This document shows positions 53,602-62,200 of a DNA stretch of 64,000 bases, piece by piece (the first letter of the stretch is position 1; each line of letters opens with the position of its first letter). A program made the position numbers and the translations under genes. The notes under the pieces were generated by a model. The model made no database searches. It saw only the letters and a list, made by a program, of their open reading frames with translations, and had not been told where the DNA came from. The DNA lies in assembly GCA_020429915.1 (NCBI GenBank), contig JAGQKV010000018.1, positions 69,770 through 133,769 of the forward strand, given 5' to 3'. The stretch is from Candidatus Omnitrophota bacterium. Its GTDB lineage: Bacteria; Omnitrophota; Gorgyraeia; Zapsychrales; Zapsychraceae.

Positions 53602-54344
53602 ACCCGGTCCGCCACGGAGGCCACGGGTCCGCGGCCCGGATGGCGGAAGAATTTGTATTTGAAAATCGTATGGAGAATTTTGTGCCCCGCCAGGATGGTT
53701 CCCGTCACGGTCCCTGATATTTTGGAGACACCTGTGCGGCGACGGTAATCGACGGGAACTTCCGTGGTGCGGACCCCCTTTTCGACGGCCCGAATCTGCA
53801 TCTCGATGGTCCAGCCGAAATCACGGTCGGTCATGCCGACCTGCTCCAAAGCACGGCGGGTTATGGCGCGAAAAGGGCCGAGATCGGTATAAACGGCCCC
53901 CCAGAATAGTTTCATCAGAAAACAGGCGAGCTTGTTTCCGTAATAAGCCTGCGGGGTCATGGCACCGCATTCCCTGTTTCCCAACGCTCGTGAACCGATG
54001 ACAAAATCGTGGCTACCGGAAAGAATCGGCTGAATCAGCCGTGGTAATTGATCCGGATGATCGCTGTAATCGCCGTCGACAAAGACCACGATATCGGCCG
54101 CCGGATCCAGCGCCGCAATCCCGGCCAGACAGGCTTGCCCGTAACCACGACGGTCCTCCCGGATAACGCGGCAGCCCAGCTTGGCTGCGACCGAGGCCGA
54201 CCCGTCGGTGCTGGCATTATCGACCACAATAATTTCGCGCAGGAGATTTTTCGGAAGATCGGCAATCACCTTCGGCAGGGACGCCTCTTCATTGAAGACG
54301 GGGATGATGACGGAGATCGTGTGCTGAGAATTGGGCATGGTCAT
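53595..54344 (-). CDS. polyprenol-phosphate sugar synthase-like GT2 (DPM1/ArnC-like)
   Basis: Probable start M(T)MPNSQHTISVIIPVFNEEASLPKVIADL.. ..VVFVDGDYSDHP.. ..FGWTIEMQIRAV..; 7-nt overlap with GT-C gene. Confidence 0.7.
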   Translation of the reverse strand: MTMPNSQHTISVIIPVFNEEASLPKVIADLPKNLLREIIVVDNASTDGSASVAAKLGCRVIREDRRGYGQACLAGIAALDPAADIVVFVDGDYSDHPDQLPRLIQPILSGSHDFVIGSRALGNRECGAMTPQAYYGNKLACFLMKLFWGAVYTDLGPFRAITRRALEQVGMTDRDFGWTIEMQIRAVEKGVRTTEVPVDYRRRTGVSKISGTVTGTILAGHKILHTIFKYKFFRHPGRGPVASVADRVC

Positions 54345-54426
54345 ATAACTGTGGTATCCCGATCGATATGGTTCCCGCTGAGCCGCCGTCCCCAACAGGT
54401 ACGGGTATGCCTTTATTCAAAGCCTT

Positions 54427-54819
54427 CTAGATCCGGGCGGCAATTGCGCGCTCAATGCGCAAAGATTCCGCCTCGTCCCCGAAGGTCCCCAGACGAATCT
54501 TGATCTTGGAAGCCTTAAGGGTCAGAGATTCGATCGTGATCTTGATGTGCCGGCCGTCGGGGTGTTTGGCGTTGATCTCGGATCCCTCCTGTCCCAGATC
54601 CTCACTGACGATCATCGCGCCGATATCCTGGCGCAATGCATCCAGGGCGGCACCGTGTAATTCGGCGTAGTGGGCGTCGACGTTCTGTTCCAGCGCACCG
54701 GTGACATACGCGTATCCGCCGACTCCGACGGCAGCACCGGCCACCAGCATGCAACCCTGAGCGCTGGCAACCGTCACCCCCAGTAAAACTGTCCTTACCC
54801 ATGAATTCGTGGATCGCAT
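54427..54819 (-). CDS. small secreted/lipoprotein, tandem paralogue 1 (glycine-zipper GxxxGxxxG)
   Basis: Start MRSTNSWVRTVLLGVTVASAQGCMLVAGAAVGVGGYAYVTGAL..; ~60% identical to downstream paralogue. Confidence 0.55.
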   Translation of the reverse strand: MRSTNSWVRTVLLGVTVASAQGCMLVAGAAVGVGGYAYVTGALEQNVDAHYAELHGAALDALRQDIGAMIVSEDLGQEGSEINAKHPDGRHIKITIESLTLKASKIKIRLGTFGDEAESLRIERAIAARI

Positions 54820-54854
54820 ACGGTATCCTTTCCGGGATGAGGCAGGCCGCATCC

Positions 54855-55244
54855 CTACAAGCGGTTCATGGTCGCGTTTAAGATGCGCAGAGACTCAGCT
54901 TCATTACCGAACGTCCCGTAACGGATCTTGATCTGTGCCGCCCGTTCCGTGAGGGCCTCGATATCGATCTTGATGGTCGTTCCGTCCTCACTCTCGGCAT
55001 GAATATCCGCGGACGACTGGCCGATCGATTCCTTGACCACAAATGCACCGATGTCACGCAGTCCGTCCAACGCCGCCGAATGAACGTCGGCATAATTCGC
55101 GTCCACGTTCTTGGCCAGCGCACCGGTGACATACGCGTATCCGCCGGCCCCCACCACCGCTCCGGCCACCAGCATACAACCTTGAGCGCACATAACGGTC
55201 AGGCTCAACAACGCCAACGACAACAAACTCGTAAATCTTTTCAT
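54855..55244 (-). CDS. small secreted/lipoprotein, tandem paralogue 2
   Basis: MKRFTSLLSLALLSLTVMCAQGCMLVAGAVVGAGGYAYVTGALAKNVDANYADVHSAALDGL..; same architecture as 54427..54819. Confidence 0.55.
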   Translation of the reverse strand: MKRFTSLLSLALLSLTVMCAQGCMLVAGAVVGAGGYAYVTGALAKNVDANYADVHSAALDGLRDIGAFVVKESIGQSSADIHAESEDGTTIKIDIEALTERAAQIKIRYGTFGNEAESLRILNATMNRL

Positions 55245-55266
55245 CGCCTCTCCCTTCGATAATCGG

Positions 55267-56565
55267 TCACGGCCGGAAAAACTCCTTCAAGGCGTCGGCC
55301 AGATTCTTGAGATCCTTTTTCGAATGCACACCGCTCACAAAGAAAGCCTCCAAATCGGCCGGGGGCCAGTAGATCCCGCGCGCCAACAAGTGGTGGAACA
55401 ACTCACCGTAGCGCTCGTGACCTTGAGCAGTTTGGGCATCGTGATAATTATAGACAGGATCCGACGAAAAACGAAGGCTCATCATGGAAAAATAATCACA
55501 GATATGAGCGGCAATGCCTTCGTCCCGGAAGAAGGTGTTCATTTCAGTGGCAAAAGCGTTGCACCGCGTATTCAGGGCCTGATAGAATTCGTCCGAGAGC
55601 AATTTGAGCTGGGCCAGTCCGGCGCGCATCACCACCGGGTTCCCTGAGAAGGTGCCGGCCTGGTAGACCGGCCCCAGCGGCGCCAGGTGATCCATAATCT
55701 CCGCCCGCCCGCCGTAGGCCCCGATCGGAAATCCGCCGCCGATGATCTTCCCCAAACAAGTCAGGTCGGGTGTGATGCCGACGTCGGCCTGCACCCCGCC
55801 GCGTTGCGGCCGGAATCCGCTCATGCACTCGTCGAAAATAAGTACCGTTCCGTGCCGGCTCGTCTCATCCCGCAGGCTCCGCAGAAACTCCAGCCGTGCC
55901 CGGATCACCCCCATGTTTCCCGCGACGGGTTCCAGAATGACGGCGGCAATCTGATCGCCCTGTTCGCCCATCACCTTTTCAAAAACGGCGGTGTCGTTAA
56001 ACGGCAGGCTGATGGTATTCTCGATATGGCTTTGCGGGATCCCCGCGGAAGATGATTCAGCCAGGGCCGCGACGCCGGACCCGGCCGTCGTCAACAAGTC
56101 ATCCACATGACCGTGATAACAGCCGTCGAACTTGATAATTTTGGCCCGGCTGGTGTAACCCCGCGCTAGCCGCAGCGCGCTCATCGTGGCCTCGGTCCCG
56201 GAATTGACGAAACGAATCTTCTCGATCGACGGCATGCTCTCCACAATAAACTCGGCAATTTCCACTTCGGCCCGTGTCGAGGCGCCGAAACTGATACCGC
56301 GTTCGGTCAGCTTCTTTGTCTGGAGAATGACATTGCGATGGGCGTGACCGGTAATTAGCGAACCCCATGACAGGCAGTAGTCGGTGTACTCATTGTCATC
56401 CTGGTCGGTCAGCGTGGCGCGGTGCGCCGACTTCATGACCAGCGGATGGCCGCCGACCCCCTTAAAGGAGCGTACCGGGGAATTGACGCCCCCGACCATC
56501 ACGGCGCACGCCCTCTCGTAAATTTTGTCGGAATTTGTCTGTTTGACCGTTGCGTGCTCAGCCAT
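55267..56565 (-). CDS. hemL: glutamate-1-semialdehyde 2,1-aminomutase
   Basis: 432 aa; ..YERACAVMVGGVNSPVRSFKGVGGHP.. aminotransferase class III, PLP-lysine region ..TPDLTCLGKIIGGGFPIGAYGG.. Confidence 0.9.
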   Translation of the reverse strand: MAEHATVKQTNSDKIYERACAVMVGGVNSPVRSFKGVGGHPLVMKSAHRATLTDQDDNEYTDYCLSWGSLITGHAHRNVILQTKKLTERGISFGASTRAEVEIAEFIVESMPSIEKIRFVNSGTEATMSALRLARGYTSRAKIIKFDGCYHGHVDDLLTTAGSGVAALAESSSAGIPQSHIENTISLPFNDTAVFEKVMGEQGDQIAAVILEPVAGNMGVIRARLEFLRSLRDETSRHGTVLIFDECMSGFRPQRGGVQADVGITPDLTCLGKIIGGGFPIGAYGGRAEIMDHLAPLGPVYQAGTFSGNPVVMRAGLAQLKLLSDEFYQALNTRCNAFATEMNTFFRDEGIAAHICDYFSMMSLRFSSDPVYNYHDAQTAQGHERYGELFHHLLARGIYWPPADLEAFFVSGVHSKKDLKNLADALKEFFRP

Positions 56566-58606
56566 AAATCATCATCTCGCTTTCGTAATTATGTTCCCGC
56601 AATGCCTGCTGCGTCACCGGACCTTTGCTGAGAATGGTCCAATCCGCCGGGATCGATTGATATTTGTCTAAAAAGCTATTCACCGTCGACGGGCTGGTAA
56701 AAATGATCTTATCCACTTGACCGGCGGGCAGCTCCGCCTTCGCAGTGGGCTCGTTGACGTAAACGGTCAGCTGGGTGACGTGCGCCCCCAGCTTTTCCAG
56801 TTCGGTTTTCAAATACGGATTGGGAAGATTGGAGCGCGGAAAGAGGATGCGTTTCCCCTGCACATCATACTTCTGCGTTAAAAGTCTGAACAGGCCGCGG
56901 GATGTTTCATCGGACGCCACATAACGAGGATGATAATCCGCGTCCATCAATGCCTGAGCCGTATCTTTGCCGATCACTACGATATCCTTCTCGGCCAGCA
57001 ATCCGCACATAGCCGGCCGGCGGCGCGCCAGTTCGAGAAAATGGACGACCGCAAAGCGGCTGGTCAGCAGAATGATGTCATACGCGGGGAAATCTGCGGC
57101 CAGCTGGTCGGCCTGCTCGCCGGTGATCTCGGCGGGTGAGATCTCGATCATCGGCAAATGGATAAGGCTGCCCATCGAGCGATATTTTTCCGGGTGGGTC
57201 CCCGTGTAAACAATCGTTTCCCGGTCCCGTTCGGGCCGATAAAATGTCACGACCTTGCCGATCACAATGAGTGCCGGCGGCTGGGCGTTCACCGCGCGGG
57301 CGCGGTCAACAATATTCTCGAGGTCGCCGGTCACGATCGTCTCATCATAACGGGTGCCCCGGGAAATGATCGCGACAGGCGTCGCGATGTCGCGCCCGGA
57401 GCCGCGCACAGCAAAGACGATCGCCTCCAGCTTGCTGAGCCCCATCAAAAATACCAGCGTGTCCACTCCCTGCGGGACATGAATCGCGTCGTTGCGGATG
57501 GATGTCTCCTCGGCCTGATGGGCGCTGAGAAACGCCACGGATGAGGAATAATCACGCGCCGTCAACGGCATCCCCAATCGCGACGGGATACCAGTGGCGG
57601 AGCTGACACCGGGGATGACATTGACACGCATATGATATTTGCGCAGATAACCGATTTCGTCGGCCCCGCGACCGAATATCAACGGATCGCCGCCCTTGAG
57701 CCGTACAACCTTCTTCCCCGCCATGGCCTGCTGACGGATCAACCGGCACAGCTCCTGCTGCAAAAGGGTGTGATCCCCTTTGCGTTTTCCGACATAGACC
57801 TTCTCGGCCTGCGGCGCATGCTCCAGAATGGCTTTATGGACGAGATAATCGTACATGACGCAATCCGCCGAGCGCAGGGCCTTCATCCCTTTTAAGGTGA
57901 TCAAATCCGGATCACCGGGACCGGCGCCGACCAAGGTGACTTCACCGTATTCGCGGCGCACGTCGAACGGTTCAAAAAACCGGCGCAACGCCCGGTTATC
58001 CCGGCGGCCGACCACGGCCAGCTGCCCTTGCAGCGGAAATCCTTCCCACGGCATGATGCCCGTAATCCGGTCTTCCAGGCCGAGGCGTTTCAGGGCCACG
58101 GTGGCGACGATCAAGCCGTCCAGTTCGCCGGCATCGATCTGAGCCAGCCGTTCTTCGATCGTGCCGCGCACGGCTACCAGTTCGCAGTCCGGTCGCAGAC
58201 GGGCGACCGACTCACGCCGCAAACCGCTGCTGGTACCGATGCGACTGCCCGCGGGGAGCCTGCCAAGGCTTTGCCGCCCGACGAAGGCGTCCGTCTCGTC
58301 GGGGCTGCGGGTCAGCGCGAGTATCATTAAATCAGCAGGCAGTTTTTCGGGAAGATCCTTGGCGCTGTGGACCGCCACGTCAATCAGGCCGTCCAGGACG
58401 GCCTGATCGAGAACATCGGTCCATAAATTGTCCTTTTTGTTCTGCATGAGCGACGTTTTTTTGTCGAGATCCCCGGCCGATTGAAACGTCTCATGCGTCA
58501 CGGAAATATCACGGCAGGCCTCGGCTATCATCGCCCGTAGCTCATCGACCTGAATAACGGCCAAGCGGCTGGCGCGCGAGCCGATATGTAGTTTTTGAAT
58601 AGGCAT
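56558..58606 (-). CDS. trifunctional fusion: porphobilinogen deaminase (HemC) + uroporphyrinogen-III C-methyltransferase (CobA/SUMT) + uroporphyrinogen-III synthase (HemD)
   Basis: 682 aa; N-terminal MPIQKLHIGSRASRLAVIQV.. (HemC), middle ..VTLVGAGPGDPDLITLKGMKALRSADCVMYDYLV.. (SUMT), C-terminal ~240 aa HemD-like; 8-nt overlap with hemL. Confidence 0.75.
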   Translation of the reverse strand: MPIQKLHIGSRASRLAVIQVDELRAMIAEACRDISVTHETFQSAGDLDKKTSLMQNKKDNLWTDVLDQAVLDGLIDVAVHSAKDLPEKLPADLMILALTRSPDETDAFVGRQSLGRLPAGSRIGTSSGLRRESVARLRPDCELVAVRGTIEERLAQIDAGELDGLIVATVALKRLGLEDRITGIMPWEGFPLQGQLAVVGRRDNRALRRFFEPFDVRREYGEVTLVGAGPGDPDLITLKGMKALRSADCVMYDYLVHKAILEHAPQAEKVYVGKRKGDHTLLQQELCRLIRQQAMAGKKVVRLKGGDPLIFGRGADEIGYLRKYHMRVNVIPGVSSATGIPSRLGMPLTARDYSSSVAFLSAHQAEETSIRNDAIHVPQGVDTLVFLMGLSKLEAIVFAVRGSGRDIATPVAIISRGTRYDETIVTGDLENIVDRARAVNAQPPALIVIGKVVTFYRPERDRETIVYTGTHPEKYRSMGSLIHLPMIEISPAEITGEQADQLAADFPAYDIILLTSRFAVVHFLELARRRPAMCGLLAEKDIVVIGKDTAQALMDADYHPRYVASDETSRGLFRLLTQKYDVQGKRILFPRSNLPNPYLKTELEKLGAHVTQLTVYVNEPTAKAELPAGQVDKIIFTSPSTVNSFLDKYQSIPADWTILSKGPVTQQALREHNYESEMMIYG

Positions 58607-58630
58607 GTGAAGGGAGATTGGTTGCGACGC

Positions 58631-59116
58631 TTACGGTTGCTGGTTATTCGGCATTATGTGCAGGAGATCGCCCACGGGGATATGTTTGATGTACGTCCGG
58701 ACCGGACGCTTAAAGTAAAACTGAATTCCCTGCAGGGTTTTTTGAACCCAATAAACCTCCCAGCGGTCCTGGCCGTAACTGTTGAGCTGTTCGGAAAGCT
58801 GTGCCTCGCTGCCGGCCGGCAGGGTGACGATCAGGTATTCCCAATCGCCGATACCCTTGATATCGTTAACGATCCAGTCTTTGCCTTTCTCACCCGCCTC
58901 ACGGGACTTGTCATACCAGGACTGAAAATCCTGCATCAATTGTTTCTGCTTTTCCGAAAACTTGTCCTCAAATTCCGCAAACGGATCCGCGGTCTTTTCC
59001 TGAGAGGCCTCGGCTGCGGATTCGGTATCTGCCTCACCGGCCGCTTTATCTTCAGCGGCTCCGACTGTGGTGATGAAAAAACCGACGATGAGTACGGTCA
59101 GCAGGGTCCTGTACAT
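58631..59116 (-). CDS. secreted DUF4177-like hypothetical protein
   Basis: ORF track start 59314; ATG at 59116 with AGGAG Shine-Dalgarno gives MYRTLLTVLIVGFFITTVGAAED.. (signal peptide), acidic linker, C-terminal ..DWEYLIVTLPAGSEAQLSEQLNSYGQDRWEVYWVQ.. Confidence 0.45.
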   Translation of the reverse strand: MYRTLLTVLIVGFFITTVGAAEDKAAGEADTESAAEASQEKTADPFAEFEDKFSEKQKQLMQDFQSWYDKSREAGEKGKDWIVNDIKGIGDWEYLIVTLPAGSEAQLSEQLNSYGQDRWEVYWVQKTLQGIQFYFKRPVRTYIKHIPVGDLLHIMPNNQQP

Positions 59117-59204
59117 CACAACTTCTCCTTGATACGGCGGATAATCTTGAGATGACATTATAGCAAATATTTGCGGGAAGGAAAATATCGTGAGTGTAAA
59201 GGTG

Positions 59205-62200
59205 TTACCAGCCGCCGCCGATCGACTTGATGAGCTGAACCGTGGCCAGCAGCCGCTGGGAAAGGATTTGCGTGGCCTGGAGTTCGGCATCCAACCGGGA
59301 CCGTTCGGCGTCAATAACCTCCAGGAATGTCACAAGCCCTTCCCGGTAGCGGGAAATGGAGAGTTTGGCCGTTTCCCGGGAGGACGTGAGGACACTGTAT
59401 TGAACCTTGGCCTGCTCCTGGTAATAATTGATATTGCTCATGGACGTCTCCACGTCACCGATCGCCTCCAGGACCGTCTGCCGGTAATCTTCGACTGTGC
59501 CGAGGTACTCGGACTCACTGGCATTGAGGTTGGCCTTATTGCGGCCGCCGCTGAAGATCGGCCACTCCACCTCCGGGCCGACCGCCCAGAAACGGCTTTC
59601 CCATTCGCCCAGATTGTCAAACTCAACGCTGCGCACTCCGCCGCTGGCGGACAAGGTCACCCGCGGAAAAAACGCGGCTTCCGCCACACCGATGCGCGCA
59701 TTGGCGGCGGCCACCTTGCGTTCGGCCATCGCGATATCCGGCCGTCTTTCCAGCAGATCCGACGGCAGGATCACCGGGACATCCGGGACGTCCTCTATCT
59801 TTAACGGCTTCTTGTCCACCTTGAAGTCGCCGGGCAGCTGTCCGCAGAGGACCGCCAGCGCGGTCTCGATTTCCCGGCGCCGGCGCATAATATCCACCCG
59901 GTCCGTCTTGGCCTTGGCTAGCTCGGTCTTGGCCCGGTTAAAATCGAGTTCACTGGTGACGCCTCCCTGGACCCGCTCCTGCACGACGTCCACCGCATAC
60001 TGACGGAGCTTTATAGCTTCATCAATAATATCGATCTGGCTGTCCAGCTGGCGCAGCTGAAAATAATTGGCCGCGACATCCGCTGTAAGAATCAGACGGA
60101 CGGAATAGAGTTCCGCCCGGGTTACCTCGGCCTCGGCCCGCGCGGATTCGAATCCGCGGCGCACACGCCCCCAAAAATCCAGTTCGTAACTGAGATCAAA
60201 GGGCGCACTGTAGAAACTGCTGGCAAAACTCTTCGTCCCGGCCGATGTGGAGTTGAAGCTGTTCTTGGTTGTCCGGGAACGTTCGTATTTCGGGTTGAAA
60301 TCTATCTCAGGATAGAATTCGCTTTGGGACACCCGCGCCAAAAACCGAGCGCGTTCGACATTCGCCACCGCGCTTTTCACATTATGATTGTTGGCCAGTG
60401 CCAATTCCTGCAGATCGTTGAGCCGCTCGTCCTTGTAGATTCTCCACCAGCGACCGCGGTCGGTATCGTCGCCCGGACTGGCGGCCTTCCAGCGGCCGCG
60501 CTCCGTCAGGCTCCAGTTGGAAGGAATAGTGAGTTCCGGACGCTGATAGTCCTTTCCGACCAGCGGTTGACATCCGCTCGCCGTCAGGCAAAGTATCAGA
60601 ATAACAGCAGCCGCGGCCTTAACCGGCGGGGTCGTCTGCTTGGCTGCAGGGGGGACATTCTTGGTCCGCCGGCGACGGTTCAGTAAGACGTACACGGCCG
60701 GTATAACAAGCAATGTCAAGAAGGTTCCCAGAGCGATCCCGCCCACGGCAGCCACGCCCAGCGGCCGGCGGCTCTCCGCCCCCGCGCCGAAACCGATAGC
60801 GATCGGCAATATTCCGGCAATCGTGGAAAAGGCGGTCATCAGGATCGGCCGGAAGCGCATCTTGCCGGCAGCCATCATGGCGCGCGCGGCATCCTTACCC
60901 TTATTCATTTCCTGATTGGCGAAGTCGACCAGCAGGATCCCGTTCTTGGTCACGATACCGATCAGCATGATCATCCCGATCTGACTGAAGAGATTGATGC
61001 CCATAGCCGGGATCCGCGGCCACGATGCCAGGAAAGATTCCGAACCTACCGCCGCCACAATCGCTGCGTCGAGCTTGGCCATCAGCCACAGCGAGCCCAG
61101 CGCTCCGAAAATCGACAACGGTAACGTGAACAGAATTACTAGCGGATCCTTCAGACTTTCGAACTGTGCGGCCAGCACCATGTAAATGATCAAGATCGCC
61201 AGCAAAATTACGAACAGCGTTTCGCTGCCGGCCTCGCGCAAATCTGCGGCCTCTCCGTTCCAGTCATACCTCAGCCCGCGCTCGTCAAGCTGGGCCAACA
61301 GAGCCTCTGTCCGAGTGATCGCCTCGCCCATCGGCACATCCCGGGGCGTGGCCTCGATCGTCGCCGAGCGCAGCCGATTAAAGTGATTGATCGTACTCGG
61401 GCCGCCGCCGGCTTCGTAGTCGATCAGATTAATCAGCTGGATCAATTTTCCTTCCTGATTGCGTATGTATATATCCTCCAAATCTGTCGGCGACAGACGT
61501 GATTTACGCTCCAGCTGGACGATCACATCATACTCCTTGCCTCCCAGGTTGACCCGGGCTAAATCGAGTCCACCGAACAGGATTTGCAGGACCTGGCTGA
61601 TGTCCCGCACCGACACTCCCAGCACAGCCGCCCGGTCGCGGTTGATACGGATCCGCAGTTCGGGTTTGTTCAGTTCAAAGGAGGAACGGACATTGGCGAG
61701 ATACCCCGCTTGACGGAGAGTCTGGCTGAACTCGGTGGCAATGCGGTTCAACTCATCCAGGTCCTGATGTTGCAGGACCAGCTGAAACGGCTGAGAAAAA
61801 CCGCGGCCGATCGCTTTCGGAATGATGGGGATGACCAGTGCGCCTTCGATGTTCATAAAGAATTGTCCGGCCAGCCCGGTCGGACCGTTGACGATGTCGC
61901 GAACGTGACGGTCACGGTTTTCCTTGAGACGGATAAAGGACAGCCCCTGCGAGGCTTGTCCGGGGCCGCCGCGCGCCAAGGCCACCGCCGAAAAGAATCC
62001 CTGAACTTCCGGCGTATTGCTGATAATGTCTTCCATTTTGCGCACCATGCGGTCGGTGTATTCACTGGTCGCCCCCTCCGGCGCGATGGCGATAATAAAC
62101 AATCTTCCCTTGTCTTCCTCAGGGAGAAATTCGCTGTCGAGATGATTATAAAAATAGAACGCTCCGGCGACCACGCCGACACAAAGCAACAAAATCAGGA

